Shown: piece after piece, positions 56,926 through 64,000 of the stretch | How positions within the stretch are numbered: position 1 is the first letter of the stretch | How the letters are laid out: every line of letters starts with the position of its first letter | Assembly (NCBI GenBank): GCA_964603585.1 | Contig: CAZRVK010000001.1 | Span: 438,541 to 502,540, forward strand | Direction of reading: 5' to 3' | DNA from: an uncultured Planctomycetales bacterium | Lineage (GTDB): Bacteria; Omnitrophota; Gorgyraeia; Gygaellales; Profunditerraquicolaceae | Length of the DNA stretch: 64,000 bases | Notes under the pieces: generated by a model | Told to the model about the DNA's origin: nothing | Seen by the model: the letters and a program-made list of their open reading frames with translations, nothing else | Databases searched by the model: none | Translations under genes and position numbers: made by a program

Positions 56926-57708
56926 CTATTTTTTCACCGCTGAAACTTTTATACTCACGATAGCGTCAGAAGCGACCTCAAGATTGTCAAACATGGCATC
57001 AACCGGATAACTGGCTTGACTTATTACCTTAATATCCTGAAACCCCGCCTGCTCAATAAAACATAAATATTCTTCTTTCTTAATTGCTCCGGCAAGACAT
57101 CCCACATATGCCTCAACAGAATCCCTGATTTCTCGCGGAAGTTCTTTTGCCAACACCAAATCCGAGACCATCAACCTACCTTCTACTTTCAAGGCCCGGT
57201 ACGCCTCTTTAAATACTGTTTCTTTATCAGGTGACAAGTTAATAACGCAATTTGATATGATCACATCGATTGAATTGTCTTCTACCGGAAGTTTTTCGAT
57301 CTCCCCCAGCCGAAAATCCACATTGGCATAGTTACCCTTTTTTGCATTTTCTTGCGCTTTAGCGACCATCTCCGGCGTCATGTCAACGCCGATGACCCTG
57401 CCGGTCTTGCCGACACGTTGGGCCGACAAAAATGCATCGAATCCCGCGCCGCTTCCTAAATCGAGCACAACATCGCCTTCCTTTAATGAAGCAAGGGCTA
57501 CCGGATTCCCGCATCCAAACCCTAAATTTGCCCCTTCAGGAACAGCATTAAGCTCTGCATCACTGTATCCCACTTTTTTACTAATATCTTCCGCCTGCGT
57601 TACACCGCCACAACACGAATTCGAAGAACAGCATGACTTCTTTTTCGACAACGCTTTTGCGTAGCCGTCCCTAACGATCTTTTTGATTTTATCCGCTTCG
57701 TTTTTCAT
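56926..57708 (-). CDS. arsM: arsenite S-adenosylmethionine methyltransferase
   Basis: SAM motif VLDLGSGAGFD plus conserved As-binding cysteines (GCGNP, ISNCVINL). Confidence 0.85.
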   Translation of the reverse strand: MKNEADKIKKIVRDGYAKALSKKKSCCSSNSCCGGVTQAEDISKKVGYSDAELNAVPEGANLGFGCGNPVALASLKEGDVVLDLGSGAGFDAFLSAQRVGKTGRVIGVDMTPEMVAKAQENAKKGNYANVDFRLGEIEKLPVEDNSIDVIISNCVINLSPDKETVFKEAYRALKVEGRLMVSDLVLAKELPREIRDSVEAYVGCLAGAIKKEEYLCFIEQAGFQDIKVISQASYPVDAMFDNLEVASDAIVSIKVSAVKK

Positions 57709-57873
57709 TTATATCCCTTCCCTCTTAAGTTTTGAGACATTCTCTTTATCGATCTGTTTCTTGATTACCTCTCTAACAAAATCCAGTGCCTCATCTTTAT
57801 CCCGATCAAGGACAATCTGTTCAATCCTAAGCAAATCCGCCTCACTAAGATTAATTGTCTTTTTAAACGTCAT
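57709..57873 (-). CDS. cryptic 54-aa ORF, ribbon-helix-helix-like (below the ORF-track size cutoff)
   Basis: MTFKKTINLSEADLLRIEQIVLDRDKDEALDFVREVIKKQIDKENVSKLKREGI. Its ATG overlaps the arsP stop (ATGA). Its TAA is immediately followed by the arsM ATG. Confidence 0.4.
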   Translation of the reverse strand: MTFKKTINLSEADLLRIEQIVLDRDKDEALDFVREVIKKQIDKENVSKLKREGI

Positions 57874-59042
57874 TTGACTATCGTTCCAAAAATCATCCCG
57901 CTTATCGTCGCCATAATGACCACAAGGCCAACATACACAACAGTTTTTTTTGTACCGATAACTTCACGAATAACCAGCATGCTCGGCAAGCTCAAAGCAG
58001 GCCCAGCCAGAAGAAGCGCCAGCGCTGGCCCCTTCCCCATACCAGATCCGATCAAACCCTGTAAAATAGGCACTTCTGTAAGCGTGGCGAAATACATGAA
58101 CGCCGCTACGATCGATGAAAAAAAGTTCGCCCTGAAAGAATTGCCTCCGACCATCGCCTCCACCCAGCTGGAAGGAATAACGCCTTCATGGCCAACCCTA
58201 CCCAAGAGAAACCCTGATATCAAAACCCCACCTAAAAGAAGCGGCAATATCTGTAGGGCGAATCCCCATGAAGCGGATGTCCACTCTTTAAGTTCATCTT
58301 TCTTAAACCAATTAACGAGCGTCAACCCTAAAACTACCAGGAAAAATCCGGTAATCCACCATTTAGATGCATAGATCAAACTCCAAATGCCGGTATCGCC
58401 CTCTATCGGCTTGGCCCAATTAGCAAACACGAGTATTGCTACCATCGAAAAGAAATAAACAATATCTTTCCATAACGGACGGCTTGCCTTAACCTCTCCA
58501 AATTGAACATCTCCGTTAGCGTGGCGGGCACGCTCCTCCTTTAGGAAAATCAAATGCATGAATAACCCTATAACAATACTAAAAATGACTGCCCCAATAG
58601 CCCTGCCTAAGCCTAACTGCCAGCCAAGGATCCGGGCTGTCAGGATAATCGCTAAAACATTGATGGCCGGTCCTGAATATAGGAATGCAATCGCGGGACC
58701 CAGCCCAGCGCCTCTCTTATAAATCCCCGAGAATAACGGCAGAACCGTACATGAACAAACAGCAAGAATAGTCCCGGACACTGAAGCCACGCTGTAAGAA
58801 AGAAACTTGTTTGCCTTGGCTCCAAAATACTTCATCACCGACGCTTGGCTGACGAACACAGATATCGCTCCGGCTATAAAGAACGCCGGAACAAGACACA
58901 AAAGAACATGTTCCCGGGCGTACCATTTAACAAGCGCTAATGCCTCAAAGAGCGCGTTAGTAAACCGCAGATTCTCAATTGGTAAGTAAAAACACGCCAA
59001 GAATACCGCTACAACGTATAATAACTTCTTCCACTCGTTCAT
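57870..59042 (-). CDS. arsP: DUF318 permease, ArsP-like organoarsenical efflux permease
   Basis: Multi-TM protein with the TM Cys motif AVCSCTVLP (compare ArsP TPFCSCSxxP). Embedded in the ars operon. Confidence 0.7.
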   Translation of the reverse strand: MNEWKKLLYVVAVFLACFYLPIENLRFTNALFEALALVKWYAREHVLLCLVPAFFIAGAISVFVSQASVMKYFGAKANKFLSYSVASVSGTILAVCSCTVLPLFSGIYKRGAGLGPAIAFLYSGPAINVLAIILTARILGWQLGLGRAIGAVIFSIVIGLFMHLIFLKEERARHANGDVQFGEVKASRPLWKDIVYFFSMVAILVFANWAKPIEGDTGIWSLIYASKWWITGFFLVVLGLTLVNWFKKDELKEWTSASWGFALQILPLLLGGVLISGFLLGRVGHEGVIPSSWVEAMVGGNSFRANFFSSIVAAFMYFATLTEVPILQGLIGSGMGKGPALALLLAGPALSLPSMLVIREVIGTKKTVVYVGLVVIMATISGMIFGTIVK

Positions 59043-59347
59043 TTCTTAACCATCCTTCCTCCAATAGTACAGCACCCGCCCTCGATACGGATCGCCTTAA
59101 CATTAACCAATGCTTCCGTTACCTTCTTGCAGGCTGAAGCAACTATCCGCGAGAATGTCGGCCGGGATATTTTCATCACCTTTGCGGCATCCTTCTGTTT
59201 CATTCCCTCAAGGCAAGCCAAACGCATCGCTTCAAACTCATCAATGCTTAAAACCACGCCATCAAGTTCATTTAATGGTTTGCACTTAGGGCGAAAACAT
59301 CTCTCACCCGGCAAACATTTAACCCACCTGGTTTTTTTCGGCCTCAT
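59039..59347 (-). CDS. DUF134 (UPF0251) putative DNA-binding protein, first gene of the ars operon
   Basis: WVKCLPGERCFRPKC N-terminal Cys motifs, an HTH core AAKVMKISRPTFSRIV and a C-terminal AIRIEGGCC. Paralog of 725..1075. Overlaps arsP by 4 bp. Confidence 0.6.
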   Translation of the reverse strand: MRPKKTRWVKCLPGERCFRPKCKPLNELDGVVLSIDEFEAMRLACLEGMKQKDAAKVMKISRPTFSRIVASACKKVTEALVNVKAIRIEGGCCTIGGRMVKK

Positions 59348-59384
59348 AGCTACCCCTTTTAGTTATGCACCATTGTTCATAATG

Positions 59385-59412
59385 ATTATATCACGAATTC
59401 GTGCCGGGTCAA
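59385..59412 (-). promoter_or_regulatory. sigma70 promoter of the ars operon with an embedded 12-bp palindrome (candidate operator)
   Basis: On the minus strand, TTGACC, then cgg-CACGAATTCGTG-a as a 16-nt spacer, then TATAAT. The perfect palindrome CACGAATTCGTG (59392..59403) sits between the -35 and -10 elements. Confidence 0.55.
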
Positions 59413-59469
59413 GAAAAACCCCCTATTTTATCAGGCAGTCCTTCTGGAATATTTCGCAAGAATTAAAAA

Positions 59470-59556
59470 CAGGGAAAAAAGGGGGAAAAAAGGGGACGTT
59501 TCGAAAAAAGGGGACGTTTCTATTTTTTTTAGAAAAATAGAAACGTCCCCTTTATT
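59470..59556. repeat. palindromic element copy 2 (same 21-bp arms as 36320..36390) with an extra partial arm and AAAAGGGG direct repeats
   Basis: GGGAAAAAAGGGGGAAAAAAGGGGACGTTTCgAAAAAAGGGGACGTTTCTATTTTTtttagAAAAATAGAAACGTCCCCTTT. The arms are identical to those at locus 1. Confidence 0.7.
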
Positions 59557-59567
59557 GCAGGCACACC

Positions 59568-60016
59568 GGCACAATCTGGATGCTTGCGTTAAAAAGTTGG
59601 ACGCGCTTTTCAATATGCGCTTAAACGAAGAGATCAGCCCAGAGGAATATGCTCGGAAGAAAGACGATCTGACGAAGGCAAAGCAGAAATATGAATGATT
59701 GATCGCGGATACGCAAGACCGCGTTGAAACATGGCTCAAACGGGCTGAAGATATGTTTACATTCGCCCAAACCGCCCAGAAACGGTTCGACACGGGCACT
59801 TTGGAGGACAAGCGGTATGTTCTCTCGTGTCTGGGCACAAAACTCGTCTTACACGGCAAGAAACTGCAATTTGAGCAGGAAAAGTGCCTTGCCATGTTCG
59901 AATGTGTGGCACCTGACGTACAAAGCCTCCACAACAGGTTAGAACCGACGCAACTCGTTGATTCTATGACCAGTTGGGAGGCTTTATATGCTCAAAATAA
60001 AAAATGGGGTGGGTAA
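59568..60016 (+). pseudogene. large serine recombinase C-terminal remnant with in-frame TGA
   Basis: Translation gives LDALFNMRLNEEISPEEYARKKDDLTKAKQKYE, then a stop, then LIADTQDRVETWLKRAE...KRYVLSCLGTKLVLHGKKLQFE. This has the coiled-coil and C-terminal beta-strand pattern of large serine recombinases. There is no catalytic N-domain and an in-frame TGA at 59696..59698. Confidence 0.5.
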
Positions 60017-60082
60017 CGGGGATCGAACCCGCAAACCTTCTGAGCCACAGTCAGACGCTCTAACCAGTTGAGCTATACCCAC
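60004..60082 (-). tRNA. tRNA-His (anticodon GTG)
   Basis: Cloverleaf with G-1:C73 and acceptor GTGGGTA/TACCCAC. D-arm GCUC-AACUGGUUA-GAGC. Anticodon loop CUGUGGC. T-arm GCGGG-UUCGAUC-CCCGU. CCA is encoded. Confidence 0.85.
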
Positions 60083-60138
60083 CATAAGGGGTCAAGTATA
60101 TCTTATGCAAATACGAAAATCAAGAAGATATTGCCAAA

Positions 60139-60753
60139 CTACTTTGCCTGAGGCTTCGGCTTTTCCTTGCCTTTAAATAAGAGTTTCCAGGGATGGCTTT
60201 TAATATCTGCGCTGAATTCCTCAAAATTCTTGGAAGTCGACTCCATATTCTTTACCATCTGATTGATACTGCCCTTATTATCATCTAAGAGACCGTTAAC
60301 TTGCGCCATCATGGCATCCATATCCACATAAGGTTTGCCGACAATCACTGTTTCCTTTGCGATAAAATCCTTGCCTTCTTTGGAAGATATCTGGATATAT
60401 TTCTCACCCATCAAACCCAGGGTTTTTATCGAAATGACCGCGTCATCTCTAATCTTTGCACTTTTATCCAGCCAGAGCTTCATTGCAATTTGAGTCCGAT
60501 CATTCTCATAATGGACAGTTATATCGTCTACTTTTCCTACCTCAAGCCCATTAAGCATGACCGGGGAATTCTTCTGCATCCCGGCAGCATCATTAAAAAT
60601 AACATGGATATTATACCCGTCTTTCTTGAAATTCAGCTTGCCGGTAGAGACGGTCAAATAGAAAAGCCCCGCCAAACAAATAACAATAAACAATCCCACC
60701 TTAAACTCATTAGTATGTTTTCTCATCCTCTTCCCCTTTATTAAATTACGCAA
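60139..60753 (-). CDS. mlaD: MlaD (MCE-domain) periplasmic lipid-transport protein
   Basis: N-terminal TM anchor followed by an MCE domain. Final gene of the mlaEFD run. Confidence 0.8.
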   Translation of the reverse strand: MRNLIKGKRMRKHTNEFKVGLFIVICLAGLFYLTVSTGKLNFKKDGYNIHVIFNDAAGMQKNSPVMLNGLEVGKVDDITVHYENDRTQIAMKLWLDKSAKIRDDAVISIKTLGLMGEKYIQISSKEGKDFIAKETVIVGKPYVDMDAMMAQVNGLLDDNKGSINQMVKNMESTSKNFEEFSADIKSHPWKLLFKGKEKPKPQAK

Positions 60754-61555
60754 ACGAATCTAATAATCCCGCATCCTCTTTAAAGAAATCTATCGGCCCT
60801 TCAGGCCGGCCATTAATGAACTGCTGAATATATTCATTTTTGGAAGACTTTATCTGTTCAGGGGTACCTACCTCAACTATCTCGCCTTTATGCACCATGG
60901 CAATACGATCCCCAATAGAAAAAACACTGTGCATATCATGTGTAACAACCACCGAGGTCATCATTAATTTTATGCTCAAATCCTTGATCAATTTATCGAT
61001 CACACCACCCACGACAGGATCAAGTCCCGAAGTAGGTTCATCATAAAAAACAATATCCGGGTCTAATGCAATAGCGCGCGCCAGCCCCACACGCTTTTTC
61101 ATCCCTCCAGATATCTGTGAAGGCGCGTATTTTTCGTAACCTTTCAAGCCAACCAGGGAAAGCTTCAATTTAATGATTATTTTAATGATCTCATCCGCCA
61201 ATTTAGTGTGTTCCTTAAGAGGTAAGGCCACGTTCTCTTCAACCGTCAGAGAATCTAAAAGTGCGGAATATTGAAAACACATCCCGAAAGTCTTTTTTAC
61301 CTCATCAAGTTCATCGCTGGATACCCGGGAAATATCCTTGCCTTTTATAACGATACTGCCTTCATCCGGTCTGATCGCTCCGGTCATCAAACGAAGTAAA
61401 GTGCTCTTACCTGAACCAGAACACCCCATGATCACAAAGGTTTCACCTGGGAAAATGTCTAAACTGACATTATTGATGGTTTTTTTGCCCTGAAAAACCT
61501 TAGAAACATTCTTCAGGGAAATGATCGGCTCGAGTTTATTCTCTATCTGGCTCAT
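60746..61555 (-). CDS. mlaF: ABC transporter ATP-binding protein MlaF
   Basis: Walker A GCSGSGKST and ABC signature ISGGMKKRV. The start MSQIENK overlaps the mlaE stop (ATGA). Confidence 0.85.
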   Translation of the reverse strand: MSQIENKLEPIISLKNVSKVFQGKKTINNVSLDIFPGETFVIMGCSGSGKSTLLRLMTGAIRPDEGSIVIKGKDISRVSSDELDEVKKTFGMCFQYSALLDSLTVEENVALPLKEHTKLADEIIKIIIKLKLSLVGLKGYEKYAPSQISGGMKKRVGLARAIALDPDIVFYDEPTSGLDPVVGGVIDKLIKDLSIKLMMTSVVVTHDMHSVFSIGDRIAMVHKGEIVEVGTPEQIKSSKNEYIQQFINGRPEGPIDFFKEDAGLLDSFA

Positions 61556-62340
61556 GTTTTCGAAAAATAGAATATCGCGGTAACAACACAATCCGCCACG
61601 ATTATCAAAATAAAGCTTAAAACTACTGACCGGGTAGTAGCACGGCCTACACCTTCTGCCCCGCCTTTAGTATTCATCCCTTCATAACAGCAGACAAGAG
61701 CAATGATTACCGCAAAAACAAAAGATTTTACAAGGCCGGTATAGATATCCTTTAGTTCAAGATATTTAAAAGTCGTCTGCATATAAAGGTCAGGGTTAAT
61801 ATGCAAACTGCCGGTTCCCACAATATATCCGCCCAGTATCCCGGAGATATTCCCTACTATGGTCAGCGCCGGCAGCATTACCAAAAGCGCTAAAAACCTC
61901 GGTACCGCCAAAAAACGCACCGGATTTATCGCCATAGTATCCAGGGCTTCGGTTTGCTCGGTAACTTTCATCGTGCCTAATTCTGCAGCGATCGCAGACC
62001 CTGCACGGCCGGCAATAACAAGTGCCGTCAGTACCGGGCCAAGCTCACGGCATAATGATACCGCTACAAGAGAAGCCACATAAATGACTGCACCCATCTT
62101 TTCCAGTTGATAAGCGGTCTGCATCGCTAAAACCATGCCGGTAAAAATATCCACAAAAAAAACAATAAAGATCGAACGCACACCCACAAAAACCATCTGT
62201 TCAAAGATACCTTCACGATGAGCGGTTTTACCTTTAAACGGGCCGATAAATATCCAGTAAAATATCCCCCAGGAAAGTTTACCTACCCCTTTAATCCAAT
62301 CCAGGTATTCAATAACTATCCTGCCGATCTTAGTTATCAT
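61552..62340 (-). CDS. mlaE: ABC transporter permease MlaE
   Basis: 262 aa with 5-6 TM segments of the MlaE/YrbE family. Confidence 0.85.
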   Translation of the reverse strand: MITKIGRIVIEYLDWIKGVGKLSWGIFYWIFIGPFKGKTAHREGIFEQMVFVGVRSIFIVFFVDIFTGMVLAMQTAYQLEKMGAVIYVASLVAVSLCRELGPVLTALVIAGRAGSAIAAELGTMKVTEQTEALDTMAINPVRFLAVPRFLALLVMLPALTIVGNISGILGGYIVGTGSLHINPDLYMQTTFKYLELKDIYTGLVKSFVFAVIIALVCCYEGMNTKGGAEGVGRATTRSVVLSFILIIVADCVVTAIFYFSKT

Positions 62341-62672
62341 TAGAAATCCTTTAAAGCTGTCTCTTGAGTATCAAAAATCTCAAAAAGCTTGTTCAATTTA
62401 GTAAGCTCAAATACGCTCTTTATCTTTTCTGCCATATTACAAAGGCGCAGTTTCCCACCGATTTTCTTCAGGCGCTGGAACATCTCGATCAAAGTCGCAA
62501 GCCCGGAACTATCAATATAGGAAACCGAAGAAAGATCCAAGAGGACACGCTTTTCATCGCGTTTAATAATCGCATCAAATATCTTTCTAAGCTCCGGGGA
62601 ATTATTGATATTTATCTCCCCCTGCATCAGGCATATCAAAGCCCCGTCTTTCTTTTGTTCTATCATCTGCAC
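62340..62672 (-). CDS. STAS-domain protein (MlaB-like/anti-sigma antagonist-like)
   Basis: 110-aa STAS fold with a conserved Ser region (SYIDSSGLATL). Overlaps the mlaE start. Confidence 0.65.
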   Translation of the reverse strand: MQMIEQKKDGALICLMQGEININNSPELRKIFDAIIKRDEKRVLLDLSSVSYIDSSGLATLIEMFQRLKKIGGKLRLCNMAEKIKSVFELTKLNKLFEIFDTQETALKDF

Positions 62673-63085
62673 GGTTTGCCTCCTTTAATGGATTTTACCA
62701 TTTCTATCCCCCGACCACAATCAAAAAAACTCACCTGATCCATTAATTTCCGGATCAGGAATATCCCCCTGCCGGAATTTCTAATAAGCGCATCCGAACT
62801 GGTAGGGTCAGGGATCTCTTTGGGATCAAATCCTTGCCCCTGGTCATGCACCTTCATGATCAAACGGTCTGCTTCGGACTTTATTTCAATATCCACAAAC
62901 TTATCCGGATCAAACCGGTTCCCATGCTTCATCGCATTAGCTAAGGCTTCACCTAAAGACAGTTTTATGTTAAATAACTCATCTTCATAAAAAGGCAAAG
63001 TCCCAAGCTTATCTATAAATGAAACTATGAATAAAGGGATCAATTCCACTCTGGAAGGGATTTTCTCTAAAATATGCACTTTCAT
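62663..63085 (-). CDS. RsbW/SpoIIAB-like anti-sigma regulatory factor (Ser/Thr kinase, HATPase fold)
   Basis: LSLGEALANAMKHGN N-box and DQGQGFD G1-box. Overlaps the STAS gene by 10 bp. Confidence 0.7.
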   Translation of the reverse strand: MKVHILEKIPSRVELIPLFIVSFIDKLGTLPFYEDELFNIKLSLGEALANAMKHGNRFDPDKFVDIEIKSEADRLIMKVHDQGQGFDPKEIPDPTSSDALIRNSGRGIFLIRKLMDQVSFFDCGRGIEMVKSIKGGKPCR

Positions 63086-63957
63086 GGCAATACCTTTTTT
63101 TCTCTCTTAAAAGCCGCCTGAAAGGTCTTTTTTAATTCTAAACCCAACGCCATTGTCCCATCTACAAATGCAGAAGAAATATCAGTTGCGCCTTTTACGG
63201 TTCCTTCAATGATATGCTTCGGGAACATCACGACATCTTCAACCCCGATCTTATTGCCTTGTAAACCAACAGCCAGCTTATCCTGAAACGCCATTTTTAT
63301 ATCTGCAAAACCTAATTCCGGACGGTCCATCTTGGTACGTACCGTAAAGTCCAGAACAATCTTGCCCTTATCCAAAGCTTTGAATACATCGATAACCGTT
63401 GAAGTGATCCTTTCGGCTTTACCTTCAGATTCTTCCGGAGGGCGTTTTTTACGCACGATATCTGTAAGTTCCAGGTGGCATTGAGCAGTCAAATTATTAT
63501 TTACACCAAGGATATCACTCGTAAAATTAAGTTTTGCTTTTTCGATCTTTGCTTTATCCAAATCCACCCAGGTTGAATAATATGGATGCAAATAAATTCC
63601 ATCGATATCCTGAATATTAACCGTCACTTTCATTTCCCGTTTAAAGAAATTGATCCAGCCGGCAACGTTAACTTTACCTTCTTCTGTTTCCTTTGCCCAA
63701 GGGATCCTTGCGCTAAACGAAAAATCGGTATTCCCCGAATGAGGGATAAGCCGCAGGTTATGTAATTTAAAATTAACATCTTTAAATACTATTTTTATAC
63801 CACTTTCACCTGCAGTATGATCAATAAAATTTATCCGACCATCTTTTATACTTGCATCTTTTAGAACAAGTTTAAGCCGTTTTATCTGCGCTGGAGTTAC
63901 CATTACCTTTGGCCCCAAAGCTACCACCGGAAGACTCTCATGTTTGGGGTCTGCCAC
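63082..63957 (-). CDS. AsmA-like/DUF748-like protein (possibly N-terminally incomplete at the window edge)
   Basis: Periplasmic beta-rich region. LDFTVRTKMDRPELGFADI resembles the AsmA/DUF748 C-terminal pattern. Coupled (ATGA) to the downstream kinase gene. The reading frame may continue beyond position 64000. Confidence 0.35.
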   Translation of the reverse strand: MADPKHESLPVVALGPKVMVTPAQIKRLKLVLKDASIKDGRINFIDHTAGESGIKIVFKDVNFKLHNLRLIPHSGNTDFSFSARIPWAKETEEGKVNVAGWINFFKREMKVTVNIQDIDGIYLHPYYSTWVDLDKAKIEKAKLNFTSDILGVNNNLTAQCHLELTDIVRKKRPPEESEGKAERITSTVIDVFKALDKGKIVLDFTVRTKMDRPELGFADIKMAFQDKLAVGLQGNKIGVEDVVMFPKHIIEGTVKGATDISSAFVDGTMALGLELKKTFQAAFKREKKVLP

Positions 63958-64000
63958 AGCGGATTTCTTTTCCGTAACCGGGAACCTTTCAAAGGTGAAT

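Noticed and set aside
59696-59698. In-frame TGA in the recombinase remnant, as possible stop-codon reassignment
   Set aside because: TGA terminates many well-conserved genes in this window at expected lengths, so it is a genuine stop. The recombinase fragment is a pseudogene.
59431-59934. 167-aa minus-strand ORF spanning the palindromic element and antisense to the recombinase remnant
   Set aside because: It runs through the hairpin repeat and an AT-rich promoter region and has no recognisable motifs. The plus-strand frame has clear recombinase similarity instead.

Overview
The window is about 64 kb of a low-GC (~40%) chromosome, probably from an anaerobic Gram-negative-type bacterium. Supporting genes are TorF-like and OmpA porins, MlaDEF, GS type III and many Fe-S/metal genes. 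Almost every gene (about 80) is on the minus strand with tight or overlapping junctions. In order along the window: (1) a DUF134 regulator-like gene coupled to a C_GCAxxG_C_C redox protein, plus an 857-aa PEP-utilising-like protein. (2) One long nitrogen-assimilation unit: amt, glnK, glnN (GS III), a Fis-type HTH gene, gltB and gltD. Its leader has a promoter followed by two intrinsic terminators. A GAF-ANTAR regulator and a second TorF-porin/amt/glnK operon lie elsewhere in the window. (3) A B12-radical SAM gene with two small peptide genes. (4) A c-di-GMP-I (GEMM) riboswitch with a tandem-terminator expression platform, convergent on a four-gene Csu/sigma-type (archaic) chaperone-usher pilus cluster. 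The cluster has SCPU-signature pilins, a chaperone-like protein and an atypical 967-aa usher-like outer-membrane protein. A PilZ protein and an HK/RR/STAS set sit next to it. (5) A Fur-family-controlled metal/Fe-S module: DUF5320, two NifX-like proteins, ferritin-like protein, methyltransferase, two MinD-ferredoxin ATPases (COG1149), IscU-like, ApbC/Mrp, MBL hydrolase, Fur-family regulator, ZIP transporter and two PAS-only paralogs. A perfect 19-bp palindrome box lies upstream. (6) Assorted envelope, two-component, SOD, P-type ATPase and class A beta-lactamase genes. (7) A fluoride riboswitch, crcB and DUF190 operon. (8) An extended ars operon: arsC, ACR3, CcdA-like, Trx-like, DGC, Trx, arsM, a cryptic 54-aa ORF, arsP and DUF134. 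It has no ArsR; instead a DUF134 first gene and a 12-bp palindrome between the -35 and -10 elements. (9) A large-serine-recombinase remnant with an in-frame stop abutting tRNA-His, plus a 21-bp-arm palindromic element repeated at two loci. (10) An AsmA-like, RsbW-like kinase, STAS, MlaE/F/D operon. No CRISPR array or intact transposase was seen. The most system-like novelties are the c-di-GMP-linked archaic pilus locus, the DUF134-headed arsenic/thiol-relay operon and the NifX/COG1149/DUF5320 metal module.
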